A DNA stretch of 35,005 nucleotides, from assembly GCA_003648875.1 (NCBI GenBank), contig QMQC01000001.1:1-35005 (forward strand), given 5' to 3'. The first letter of the stretch is position 1, and each line of letters begins with the position of its first letter. A program made the position numbers and the translations under genes. Positions 24,897 through 33,949 of the stretch are shown here, in pieces. This stretch comes from Actinomycetota bacterium. Its GTDB lineage: Bacteria > Actinomycetota > Acidimicrobiia > Spongiisociales > UBA5794. The notes under the pieces are model-generated. The model did no database searches. It was not told the origin of the DNA and saw only the letters and a program-made list of their open reading frames with translations.

Positions 24897-26498
24897 TCAC
24901 GGCTGGTTCTCGGCAGTCAAACGCAGGGAAGGGAAGTACTCAACCACCGCGACCGTTGCGGTGCCGAAAGATTCCGAAAGCTCCTTGTTCAAACTGGACA
25001 CCGAAGGGATCTCGCCTTCTCCGGTGATGACAATGTCCACTTCCTCGCCATTCACCTCCACCCTGTTGAGGCGGAGATTCTCCTGATCACCAAGCCACTC
25101 TTCGGCCACCGCCTGAGCCCTCGACTGCCTCGATGCCGATGTGAGGATGCCCTCGGACGTGAATGCAAGCGGCACCATGATGATCAAGGCTCCAAGAAGC
25201 ACCGTGATGATGACCGTCTTCATCTTCTCCCTGTTCTCCTGGAGCTTCGTGACCAGGGCGAAGCCCGTCAGGACGAACACGAGGGAGGCAGCAAGGATGA
25301 TCGACACGAGGTTCGTCAGGAACAGGACGAATGCCCCGCCAGCGTCTCCGTAGTTCCCAACCGTGAGCGTCACGCCGACAACTCCGAGCGGTGGAACGAG
25401 AGCCACCGCAATCGCGACCCCTGTGATCGAGGACGAGACGCGTTTGTCCACTGTTGCATATGCCCCGGCCGCTCCGGCTGCTACCGCGATCATCATGTCC
25501 AGAAGCGTCGGGGACACTCTCGAGATCACTTGTGTGTTCGTTGCTATTGGAACGAAGTGCGGTGCCCATGATGCAACGATCCAAGCCGTGAGGATCGAGA
25601 CGGCAACACCTCCGACGACCGTTGCGAATGCGCGGGACACGCGCGACATCCAACCGTTGACAATGCCAGCGCTCACTCCGAGAATCGGCGTCATCAACGG
25701 AGCGACGAGCATCGCACCAATGACGACCGCCGTCGAGTCCGCAAGGATCGCCAGCGTGGCGATCGTCGTCGAGAGCACCAGCAATACCCAGTATCCGGTC
25801 TGCTTCTGCGACGAATCGGGGGCCTCGAAGTAAAGGTTGTCGATCACTTCGACACGCATCTCTTCACCAACGTCACGCTCACCCAGCCAACGCTTGATGA
25901 AGCCTCCGAGCTCGACAGCTCCCAGGCGATCAGCGTCACTGCTGGTCAACCCGTAGCTGATCATGATCCCTCCTGATACGAGTGCCGTTGCAGCAATCGT
26001 GAGCATCAGCGCGGTCTCAACGGCGTCAGGAATCACGAAGATGACCACAGCTGCGGCAACTGAGAGCCCGCCGCGCACAAGATTGAACGTCCAGGCACCC
26101 GAGGTGGACCTCGACTGGAGGGCGCGGATGACAACCATCACACCTCGTATCCCGAGGATGATGGCGAATATTTGTATGAGCACGTCGAACGCCAGATCCG
26201 GTAGGAGGACGATTCCGGCTCCTGCAAGAACAGAGATGAGCCCGAGACCTACCGTCGTCCAGACGATTGGCCTGATACGAGCTGCGCTCCAAATGTCGGC
26301 TCCGCCCATGACAACCAACGCGGCTGCCAGGGCAAGTGCGAGCAGCCGTGCGGATGCCTCCGGAACCATGAGAATGAACAACCCACCGAGAATGAATGCC
26401 GCTCCACGAATCGTCGCGGGGTTCAGCCAGTCGGCCTCGATCTCTCTGAGCTTGTCGGTCATGGCAAGCAATCTAGCGGTGCGCAACACACCAGCCAC
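24897..26498 (-). CDS. DUF389-family integral membrane protein with HdeD/DUF308-like N-terminal extension
   Basis: It has many transmembrane helices. VISRVSPTLLDMMIAVAAGAAGAYA and the soluble C-terminal tail are typical of DUF389/TIGR00341-type proteins. The start is GTG at 26498 or ATG at 26462. Confidence 0.7.
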   Translation of the reverse strand: MAGVLRTARLLAMTDKLREIEADWLNPATIRGAAFILGGLFILMVPEASARLLALALAAALVVMGGADIWSAARIRPIVWTTVGLGLISVLAGAGIVLLPDLAFDVLIQIFAIILGIRGVMVVIRALQSRSTSGAWTFNLVRGGLSVAAAVVIFVIPDAVETALMLTIAATALVSGGIMISYGLTSSDADRLGAVELGGFIKRWLGERDVGEEMRVEVIDNLYFEAPDSSQKQTGYWVLLVLSTTIATLAILADSTAVVIGAMLVAPLMTPILGVSAGIVNGWMSRVSRAFATVVGGVAVSILTAWIVASWAPHFVPIATNTQVISRVSPTLLDMMIAVAAGAAGAYATVDKRVSSSITGVAIAVALVPPLGVVGVTLTVGNYGDAGGAFVLFLTNLVSIILAASLVFVLTGFALVTKLQENREKMKTVIITVLLGALIIMVPLAFTSEGILTSASRQSRAQAVAEEWLGDQENLRLNRVEVNGEEVDIVITGEGEIPSVSSLNKELSESFGTATVAVVEYFPSLRLTAENQP

Positions 26499-26594
26499 GA
26501 ACCTCTATCGCTGACATGTGTTCTTGGACCGCTCGGGCCTGTACCCGGGCTCATACTTGGCTCTTGCCCCCTACGGTTGGGAGGCGGCACACCA

Positions 26595-27794
26595 CTAGGA
26601 ATCGATGAACCTGACGAAGCGACGTTTGCCGACCTGAATCGTTGAGCCGACAAGCTCGGATCGACTGATGGATTCGTCATCGACTCGACGGCCGTCGATC
26701 TTGACGGCACCTTGCTTGATCAGCCGTCTCGCTTCACCGTTGGATACGACCAGGTCGGCATCGGCAAGCGCTTTGGGCAACCACACCGGATCATCAGTCG
26801 GGAGAGCAACATTCGGCACATCAACGGGGACCTGCTTCTCCCTGAAGAGGAGGTCGAAGGCTGCTTCAGCCTCTCCCCCACTCCCCCTGCCGTGGTACTT
26901 GTCGACAACCCTTCTGGCGAGATCACGCTTCAGCTCCCCCGGGTGGGCAGTGCCGCTCTCGAGGCTGTCAACGATCTCTGCAATCTCATCGGCATTCGCG
27001 CCTGCCGCGAGTCGGAACCAGTCAGGCATGAGCTCATCGGGGATCGACATCGTCTTGCCGAACATCTCGTTCATATCGGCACGAACAGAGATGTAGTTGC
27101 CGAGGGATTGGGACATCTTCTTCGTGCCATCCGTCCCGACGAGCAGTGGAACGGTTGCGACTGATTGTGGCCTCTGTCCTGCCCGCTCCTGCAGGTCTCG
27201 TCCCATGAGCAAGTTCAGGAGCTGATCATTCCCTCCTATTTCAACGTCTGCTTTGACTGCAACGGAATCCGTTCCCTGAAGGATCGGGTACATCAACTCG
27301 ATGAGCGAGATCGATTCGTTTGCTCTCCATCTGCTCGAGAAATCCTCGCGGTCCATCAGCCGCGCAACCGTGACCTTTGCCGTGAGTTCGAGTACGTCTG
27401 CCATGCCCATCGGGGCGAGCCATTCGCTGTTGCGTCGAATCTCGAGCCTTTCCTTCATGAGAAGCGACACCATGGTGGGAAGACATGCGTCGACGTATGC
27501 ATCTACTTCGTCTGGGGACAATCTCTTACGGGTTGAGCTCTTCTCCGAGGGATCGCCGACCCGGGCAGTGAAGTCGCCGAGGATGAGCACTGCAATGTGA
27601 CCCATCTCTTGGAAGCGGCGGAGCAGATCGAACACGACCGCCCATCCCAACGTGACATCTGGAGCTGTGGGATCGACCCCGAGCTTCACACGCAGCGGCG
27701 CCTCGCGCTCGAGCTGGCGCATGAGTTCGCCTTCCGGAAGGGCAACATCGACGGTCCTTGTGATGTGCTCGAACTGCTCTCGTGGGGGCTTCAT
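26595..27794 (-). CDS. tyrS: Tyrosine--tRNA ligase, Thermus-type (type 2) with C-terminal S4 domain; signature motifs degenerate
   Basis: KLGVDPTAPD, GDFTARVGDPS, EIGGNDQ, GTKKMSQSLGNYI and the S4-like SNGEARRLIKQGAVKIDG are present, and it lies next to mpg as in mycobacteria. The ATG at 27794 (MKPPREQ) fits the expected N-terminal length. The tracked ATG at 27872 would overlap mpg. See the finding on TLGW/KMSQS. Confidence 0.85.
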   Translation of the reverse strand: MKPPREQFEHITRTVDVALPEGELMRQLEREAPLRVKLGVDPTAPDVTLGWAVVFDLLRRFQEMGHIAVLILGDFTARVGDPSEKSSTRKRLSPDEVDAYVDACLPTMVSLLMKERLEIRRNSEWLAPMGMADVLELTAKVTVARLMDREDFSSRWRANESISLIELMYPILQGTDSVAVKADVEIGGNDQLLNLLMGRDLQERAGQRPQSVATVPLLVGTDGTKKMSQSLGNYISVRADMNEMFGKTMSIPDELMPDWFRLAAGANADEIAEIVDSLESGTAHPGELKRDLARRVVDKYHGRGSGGEAEAAFDLLFREKQVPVDVPNVALPTDDPVWLPKALADADLVVSNGEARRLIKQGAVKIDGRRVDDESISRSELVGSTIQVGKRRFVRFIDS

Positions 27795-27837
27795 ATGTGC
27801 TGGGAGGCTAGCGATGTCATGCCAACCATTCGTTGCA

Positions 27838-28380
27838 CTACCGGTCGACGGCGACGAAACGCAACAGTGCATCGACTCCGGCGCTGATCCCGATCCTTGG
27901 CGTGATCGTGTAGGCGGGCTCAGAGACAGGCAGGCAGGTGATGGAAACGCGACCTGCGCCGAGCATCGACCCTGAGTCCGATCCCGTGACCCCGAGGGCC
28001 TGGGTCAGCTTCCCCGGACCATCCGCCAAATGATCAGGCCTTCCCCTGCGTTCGATGACCGTATTGGTGCCCTCGACCACACTGCCTCCACGCAGCAGCA
28101 CAGCCTGTGGTTCGTCTACTCGAGCCGTGACGAGATTCATGCACCAGTGGATTCCGTATGAGCGGTAGACATAGACGGTCCCTGCCGGACCGTACATCGG
28201 GTCGTTCCGTGCCGTTCGAGATCGGTACGCATGGCTGGCGGGGTCGTCTCGTCCGAGATACGCTTCAACCTCGTTGAGGCGAAGGGACACGGTTTCGCCG
28301 TCCACGACGCTCGTGATCACCGCCCCGAGCAACCCAATGGCCGCACTCGGAGAATCCTCTGCGAGAAAACTCAGATCCAT
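27838..28380 (-). CDS. mpg: DNA-3-methyladenine glycosylase (Mpg/AAG family)
   Basis: LNEVEAYLGRDDPASHAYRSRTARNDPMYGPAGTVYVYRSYGIHWCMNLV is the hallmark Mpg/AAG core. Confidence 0.85.
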   Translation of the reverse strand: MDLSFLAEDSPSAAIGLLGAVITSVVDGETVSLRLNEVEAYLGRDDPASHAYRSRTARNDPMYGPAGTVYVYRSYGIHWCMNLVTARVDEPQAVLLRGGSVVEGTNTVIERRGRPDHLADGPGKLTQALGVTGSDSGSMLGAGRVSITCLPVSEPAYTITPRIGISAGVDALLRFVAVDR

Positions 28381-28388
28381 GGCGCCTT

Positions 28389-30788
28389 TCAGGCCATACC
28401 CCGCAGCTCTCCGCCAGTGACCTCGGCGACGCGATCGGCGATCGCCTTGCGTACAGGAACGACTTCTTCATCGGTAAGCGTTCGATCTGTGGCCCTGAGG
28501 CGGATTCTCACGGCTATCGACTTTCTTCCCTCACCGATGGAACCACCTGTGAAGACGTCGAACACGTCAACAGCCTCGAGCAGCCCCGACGCGCCTTCAC
28601 GCACGGCGGCGATCAAGGAGGAAGCCGTAACGTCGTGATCAAGAGCGAAGGCGAGGTCGAAGACAACGGGGGGAAACACGCTCGGCAGTTCATACTGCCA
28701 CGGGGGTCGCTCGAGGAGCATTTCATCGAGATCCATCTCAGCAGCTACCACCCGTCCCGACAGCCCAAATTCCTTCGAAACAACCGGATGGATCTCTCCT
28801 ACGGCACCGATGACTGCATCGTCGAGCATGATCTCGGCGCATCTACCGGGATGAAACGGTGCAACGGAGGCCTGGCGCAACTCCGTATTGTGCAGTCCGA
28901 GTTTGTCGGCCAGCAGGGACCACACGCCCGTCCCGTCGTACAGATCAAAGCCGCGCCCTGCCGCAATCCAATCACCGCTCCTCTCCCCCGCCATCACATA
29001 GGCAAGCCTGTCTGGTTGTTCGGGCAGTTTGCCCGCACCCGGGAGGAACACCTTCCCGATCTCGTAGAGTCTCGCAGTCTCGTTCTTCCGGGCGATGCCA
29101 CGCGACGCTGCCTTGAGCATGCCCGGAAGCAGCGTTGTGCGCATGATCTCTTCGGTGTCGTTCAACGGATTCGCGAGGCTGATGCTCGCTCGTGCCGGGT
29201 GCCCGTCAGCGAGACCAAGTCGATCGAGGTCGGCGCTCCCGATGAACGAGAAGTTGATCAGCTGGTGGAACCCGGCCCCGACCATGATCTCGCGGACGAG
29301 GCGAAGCCTTCGCTCACGATAGGACAACCCGCCTCCGGGCCCCTGCGGAACGGTGTCGGGGATCCGGTCGAAGCCGTAGAGCCGGGCTATCTCCTCAACG
29401 AGATCAGCCGGAACACGCACGTCGGGACGGCGCGTCGGCACGGTGACAGTGAGGGGATCGGTCCCCGATACGCCGAATGTGAGTCGTGTGAGCAGATCGG
29501 CAGTGGTCTCACTGTCGAGTGCCATACCGAGTATGCGTTCAGTTTCGGACAATGGGTACTCAACCGTCCAGGGGATGATCCCCCCCGGATCGACGTCAAC
29601 CGGAGAAGGCGCAGGTGAGCCACCGGCGATCTCGGTGAGTAGCTGGGCCACCCTGTCGGCACCGAGGTGACAAAACGACGGATCAGCGCCACGCTCGAAT
29701 CGGGCTGATGCTTCCGAACGGAGGCCGAGCCGCTTCGATGTCATGAGAATGCTGGGTGGATTCCAATAGGCCGCTTCGATGAAGACATCGGTCGTCGCGT
29801 CATGCACCTCCGTCGCAGCACCACCCATCACACCGCCGATCGCGACACTCTCGCTTCCATTGGCCACGACGATGTCAGACGCAGCCAAGGTCCTTTCCTG
29901 GTCATCGAGCGTGACGATCGTCTCGCCCTCCTTGGCCATGCGGACCACGATTCCGTCACCCAGCCGATCCACGTCGAATGCATGTGTGGGATGACCGAAC
30001 TCGATCATGGCATAGTTCGATGCGTCGACCACGTTCGAGATCGGTCGCACACCGGCCCGGATGAGACGCAAACGCAGCCAGTGCGGTGAGGTACGCACGG
30101 TGATGTTCCGCACCTGGCGACCGGCGAAGCGTGGGCAGGCCTCCGAGTCGTCAATGATGACAGACACGGCTGAGGGTTCGCCCGATTCTTCAACGGTGAT
30201 GCCGTGTTCCGCGAGCGGGATCCGATAGAACGCCGCCAGATCTCTGGCGAGACCGTAGACGGACAAGCAGTCCGGCCTGTCCGGCGTGATCTCGATCTCG
30301 TAGTACACGTCCGGCATACCGATGACATCTCCGAATGGCTCACCCACCATGTCGACCGCATGGGGATAGTCGTCGTTGAGCACCATGATGCCATCAGCCT
30401 CTTCACCAAGCTCGAGCTCGATCTCCGAGCAGATCATGCCGTTGGACGTGACACCGCGGATCTCCCGACGCGTGATCTCGAAGCCGCCTGCAAGTGTGGC
30501 ACCGGGCACCGCAACCGGCACGATGGCGCCAGCCTCGAAGTTCCATGCTCCACAGATGATGTCGAGGACCTCGTCACCGACGTCCACTTTGGTGAGCCTG
30601 ATCTTGTCTGCATCCGGGTGAGGCGACACGTCGAGTACTTCACCGACGACGACACCAGCGAACGACGGCTCGATCGCGTGCCAGTCCTCGACTTCGTGAC
30701 CCAGGCTTTCAAACGCCTCTGCGATCTCGCTTGGATCATCGGTTGGGATGTCGACGAAGTCTCTGAGCCACGACAGCGTGAGTTTCAT
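28389..30788 (-). CDS. pheT: Phenylalanine--tRNA ligase beta subunit
   Basis: MKLTLSWLRDFVDIP, the tRNA-binding, B3/4 and B5 domains, and the C-terminal anticodon-binding domain are present in 799 aa. The ATG overlaps the pheS stop (ATGA). Confidence 0.95.
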   Translation of the reverse strand: MKLTLSWLRDFVDIPTDDPSEIAEAFESLGHEVEDWHAIEPSFAGVVVGEVLDVSPHPDADKIRLTKVDVGDEVLDIICGAWNFEAGAIVPVAVPGATLAGGFEITRREIRGVTSNGMICSEIELELGEEADGIMVLNDDYPHAVDMVGEPFGDVIGMPDVYYEIEITPDRPDCLSVYGLARDLAAFYRIPLAEHGITVEESGEPSAVSVIIDDSEACPRFAGRQVRNITVRTSPHWLRLRLIRAGVRPISNVVDASNYAMIEFGHPTHAFDVDRLGDGIVVRMAKEGETIVTLDDQERTLAASDIVVANGSESVAIGGVMGGAATEVHDATTDVFIEAAYWNPPSILMTSKRLGLRSEASARFERGADPSFCHLGADRVAQLLTEIAGGSPAPSPVDVDPGGIIPWTVEYPLSETERILGMALDSETTADLLTRLTFGVSGTDPLTVTVPTRRPDVRVPADLVEEIARLYGFDRIPDTVPQGPGGGLSYRERRLRLVREIMVGAGFHQLINFSFIGSADLDRLGLADGHPARASISLANPLNDTEEIMRTTLLPGMLKAASRGIARKNETARLYEIGKVFLPGAGKLPEQPDRLAYVMAGERSGDWIAAGRGFDLYDGTGVWSLLADKLGLHNTELRQASVAPFHPGRCAEIMLDDAVIGAVGEIHPVVSKEFGLSGRVVAAEMDLDEMLLERPPWQYELPSVFPPVVFDLAFALDHDVTASSLIAAVREGASGLLEAVDVFDVFTGGSIGEGRKSIAVRIRLRATDRTLTDEEVVPVRKAIADRVAEVTGGELRGMA

Positions 30789-31786
30789 CGGTACTGCTCC
30801 AGGGTTCGCACGTCGGGGTCGATCATCGTTCTGAGATCGGTGATGCCGTGACGCACCATTGCCATCCTGTCCGCTCCCATACCGAACGCAAAGCCTGACA
30901 ATGCTTGCGGGTCATACCCAACGTGTTCAAAGACGGCAGGATTCACCATCCCGCAGCCGATGAGTTCGATCCACTTCCCCTGTGTGTATACGTGCATCTC
31001 TGCCGAAGGCTCGGTGAATGGGAAATAGTGCGGTATGAATTTCACCCTTGTGTCCGACCCGAAGAACTGGCGCGTGAACTCAGCGAGAGTTCCCTTCAGG
31101 TCGGCGAATGTGATGTCGTCATCGACAGCGAGGCCTTCGATCTGATGGAAGACCGGCAGATGCGTTGCATCGACTGCGTCGGCCCGAAAGACCTTGCCGG
31201 GCACCACGATGTAGACAGGTGGCTCGTGCTCCTCCATGTGGCGGGCCTGCATCGGTGACGTGTGCGTGCGGAGCAACACCTCTTCGTCACCTTCCCCATA
31301 GTCGAGGTACAGCGTGTCGCTTTCGTACCTCGTTGGGTGGGTCTTCGGAATGTTGAGTGCCGTGAAGTTGTAGAAGTCTGTCTCTGCTTCAGGGCCTTGC
31401 ACCATCTGATATCCAAGTCCGACGAAGATGTCCACGATCTCGTCGATCGTCTGCTGGATGATGTGATGAGTTCCCCTGTCCGGCACTCGACCGCGAAGTG
31501 TCACATCGACTCTGTCTGCGGCGAGGTTGCTGTTCACTTCTTCGACTTCGATTGCGCCCCGCTTCGCATCGATACGAGATGTGAGGTCGACGGCGATGTC
31601 GTTGATCGCCTTGCCCATTGCCCCCCGCTCGACTGGGTCTTCGATACGACCGAGTTCTCGCCTCGCCTCTGCTACCGGTGATCTTCGGCCAACGACCTCC
31701 GCCTCGATCACGTCGAGTTCGGCGATGGTTGTTGCAGATTCGATACGGTCGGGCGCGTCCTTCGTGAGTTCTTCGAGTGGGTCCAT
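30785..31786 (-). CDS. pheS: Phenylalanine--tRNA ligase alpha subunit
   Basis: An N-terminal coiled coil and class II motifs (LLRTHTSPMQ, FRADAVDATHLPVFHQIEG, GCGMVNP...GFAFGMGADR) are present. The ATG at 31786 (MDPLEEL) gives 333 aa. The 74 upstream codons of the tracked ORF look non-coding. Confidence 0.9.
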   Translation of the reverse strand: MDPLEELTKDAPDRIESATTIAELDVIEAEVVGRRSPVAEARRELGRIEDPVERGAMGKAINDIAVDLTSRIDAKRGAIEVEEVNSNLAADRVDVTLRGRVPDRGTHHIIQQTIDEIVDIFVGLGYQMVQGPEAETDFYNFTALNIPKTHPTRYESDTLYLDYGEGDEEVLLRTHTSPMQARHMEEHEPPVYIVVPGKVFRADAVDATHLPVFHQIEGLAVDDDITFADLKGTLAEFTRQFFGSDTRVKFIPHYFPFTEPSAEMHVYTQGKWIELIGCGMVNPAVFEHVGYDPQALSGFAFGMGADRMAMVRHGITDLRTMIDPDVRTLEQYR

Positions 31787-31886
31787 GCGATTGGACAGGT
31801 TAGCGGTCGTTGCCAATGCTGTACTCCCGGTATCTGTGCGAACCCCAGGAATCAGAAAAGACCGGCACGCAAATCGCGGTATGTAC

Positions 31887-31920
31887 GTCGGGAGAACCAT
31901 AAACACGCTCTTCTCCCGAC
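31887..31920 (-). promoter_or_regulatory. Strong 10-bp perfect hairpin in the pheS 5' region
   Basis: GTCGGGAGAA (31887-31896), a 14-nt loop, then TTCTCCCGAC (31911-31920), about 100 nt upstream of the pheS ATG. Its function is unknown. Confidence 0.3.
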
Positions 31921-32418
31921 GTGAATGTGCGCAACCGGCGGTAGCCGGTGGACGCTGGATGAATGCATGCTCGGAGAAGCCGGCGCGGCTGTCAGCGCAC
32001 CCGAGCAAGGGTTGTATGAATCACGGATTTGAGTCGCATACCCCATTGCCGCGATGGATTCTCCCGTAATCATTGGGTAGTCAGCACAACGCCGAGATCA
32101 TGATCGTCCGGCACTGGCTCGAGTGACGCGGAATCGTTGTCCGCACGGATGAGGCGCTAGCACCCCGACACCACCGCTGACGTCATGACCTCGGTGATCA
32201 GAACGAATACGCCTTGCCATGTGGAAACGAACGGGGAGGCAAACGCAGCCCCGAGGGACGCTCAACTCGTCTGGGAGGTTCACATGCCTCGATGGACCAA
32301 TCTCAAGGTTCTTGGGTTGACCAGACGACCGACCTGTACGGAGGACAACGGCACATCGGACGAGAGAAGCAGGATGTCTGAATGGAGTGAGATCCTGTGT
32401 GTAGAGAGGAGATCTGAT

Positions 32419-32985
32419 ATGGATACGACGACAACCGTACGCAACGGGATCGACGTCGATCAGCTTGTCGGTACGATCGATGCGATCAAGGACGATCCGA
32501 ATGTGGGCCTGTTCACCTTCCGTGCATCGAGTAGCTGGGAGGAAGGGACACACAGCAAGGGCACGATCCAGGACTTCAGGCACGCAGGTGTCGAGGACAT
32601 GACTCGGGCGACTCCCTTCATGCTCGACGGTGATGAACCGCCGATCCTGTTGGGAGCCAACAAGGGACCGAATGCGGTCGAGTTGCTGCTTCAGGCGCTC
32701 GGGTTCTGTTACGCCGTGGGATACGTTGCCAATGCTGCTGCACGCGGTATCGAGATCTCGCGGATGGACTATGAGATCGAGGGCGACATCGATGTGCACC
32801 AGTTCCTCGGACTCGAGGGGCCCAGGGCGGGGTTCACCGAGATCAGGGCGAAAGGCACCGTATCGAGCCCCAACGCAACAAAGGAGCAACTGGTTGAGCT
32901 CTGCCAGTACGTCCAGGACACTTCCCCTGTGCGCGACAGCCTTGCTCATCCCATTCCGATAACGACCACGTTGGAGGTGGTGTGA
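32419..32985 (+). CDS. OsmC/Ohr-family protein (peroxiredoxin-like)
   Basis: The roughly 188-aa size and GANKGPNAVELLLQALGFCYAVGYV with a second conserved region (LVELCQYVQDTSPVRDSL) fit the OsmC-like fold. The ATG at 32419 has a GAGAGGAG Shine-Dalgarno sequence. The tracked upstream extension looks non-coding. Confidence 0.8.
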   Translation: MDTTTTVRNGIDVDQLVGTIDAIKDDPNVGLFTFRASSSWEEGTHSKGTIQDFRHAGVEDMTRATPFMLDGDEPPILLGANKGPNAVELLLQALGFCYAVGYVANAAARGIEISRMDYEIEGDIDVHQFLGLEGPRAGFTEIRAKGTVSSPNATKEQLVELCQYVQDTSPVRDSLAHPIPITTTLEVV

Positions 32986-33057
32986 CGAGGGATGTCCCAC
33001 TGACCGAACGATCCTCAAGGTAGCCACGGACCGACACCGGTTCTGATCTGTCCCGGC

Positions 33058-33804
33058 TCAGCTCTCTCCTGCCAGGAGGTACATGAGAATCGACGCAGCC
33101 ACGGCGGCATTGAGGCTCTCTGCTCCGCCTGGCATCGAAAGCGTCACACTTCTGTCCGCCTGCGTGGTGATCTTCTCGGAGAGCCCATGGGCCTCAGATC
33201 CGATGAGCAGAGCGATCCGTCGTTCCCCACGGCCGGGATCGTCCCCGCCGGACACGATGGATGCGAGGAGCTCGAGCCCCGCCGTGTGGGCGTCGGCCAC
33301 CGGATCATCCGAAGAGGAGATGTGCATGCCGAAATGACTCCCTGCACCGGCCCGTAGAACCTTGGGACTCCATGGATCTGCTGTCGCTCCGGAGACACAC
33401 ACGTCCCACCCGAAGGCCGCCGCGGAGCGGAACATCGTGCCCACATTGCCCGGGTCGGCGATGTCGTTGAGGATCAGGGAGTCACGATGCCGAATCGCAC
33501 GACCTTTAGGGATCCGTATGGCCGCAACGGGAGACTGTGGATGCACTGCGTCCGCTGCCGCGGTGAGGACCTCTGTGGCAACAAGGGATGGAACCCAGCC
33601 CTGGGAGTAGCACAGTTCCATCGTTGCCTCATCAGACGCCTCTGCGATGATCGCTTCAGGCACCACGCCTGCGGTGACCATTTGGGCGAACACCTTTGGA
33701 CCCTCGATGAGCGTGAGACCCGCTTCACGTCGACCTCGAGCGCGATGGAGCCTCCTGATGCGTTTGACGAGGGGATTGCTGGACGACGTGATGGTGGGTT
33801 CCAT
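33058..33804 (-). CDS. TrmH/SpoU-family RNA 2'-O-methyltransferase (TsnR-position homolog)
   Basis: NDIADPGNVGTMFRSAAAFG, LLIGSEAHGLS and ESLNAAVAASILMY are SpoU motifs 1-3. It lies downstream of rplT as in Rv1644. Confidence 0.85.
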   Translation of the reverse strand: MEPTITSSSNPLVKRIRRLHRARGRREAGLTLIEGPKVFAQMVTAGVVPEAIIAEASDEATMELCYSQGWVPSLVATEVLTAAADAVHPQSPVAAIRIPKGRAIRHRDSLILNDIADPGNVGTMFRSAAAFGWDVCVSGATADPWSPKVLRAGAGSHFGMHISSSDDPVADAHTAGLELLASIVSGGDDPGRGERRIALLIGSEAHGLSEKITTQADRSVTLSMPGGAESLNAAVAASILMYLLAGES

Positions 33805-33840
33805 CGAGCCATCGTACGGCGATGGGTCGCCGAACGCGAA

Positions 33841-33945
33841 GAAGTCAACGGTTCACGGTTTACGGTCTACCGTCAGAACCGGAAAGACGTCTCCAGTGTT
33901 CAGTTCACAGTCAGAACGATTCCGAAACCGTGAACTGTGAACTAT
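33841..33945. repeat. Heptad-word palindromic intergenic element related to 22372-22453
   Basis: It starts with GAAGAAGTCAA, like the 22372 element. GTTCACGG (33851-33858) pairs with CCGTGAAC (33928-33935), and GTTCACAGT (33903-33911) pairs with ACTGTGAAC (33934-33942). The words TTCACGG, TTTACGG, TCTACCG and TCAGAAC are present. Confidence 0.7.
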
Positions 33946-33949
33946 CCGC

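Noticed and set aside
31870-31895. Possible T-box or Phe leader-peptide attenuator upstream of pheS (a GTACATACCGCGA stretch vaguely like the T-box core).
   Set aside because: The match to the conserved T-box sequence is poor (interrupted GGTACCGCG). No specifier-loop architecture is discernible and there is no Phe-rich mini-ORF. It is kept only as an unexplained hairpin or leader.
31787-32008. An in-frame upstream extension of pheS (tracked start 32008, alternative Met at 31900).
   Set aside because: The PheS N-terminal coiled coil begins naturally at MDPLEEL (31786), giving a typical length of about 333 aa. The upstream codons are Cys/Arg/Pro-rich and contain the hairpin, so they are more likely leader RNA.
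32098-33027. A 309-aa minus-strand ORF covering the OsmC region.
   Set aside because: It is antisense to a confidently recognised OsmC-family CDS. Its composition (Arg/His/Pro-rich, no motifs) is typical of shadow ORFs in high-GC DNA.
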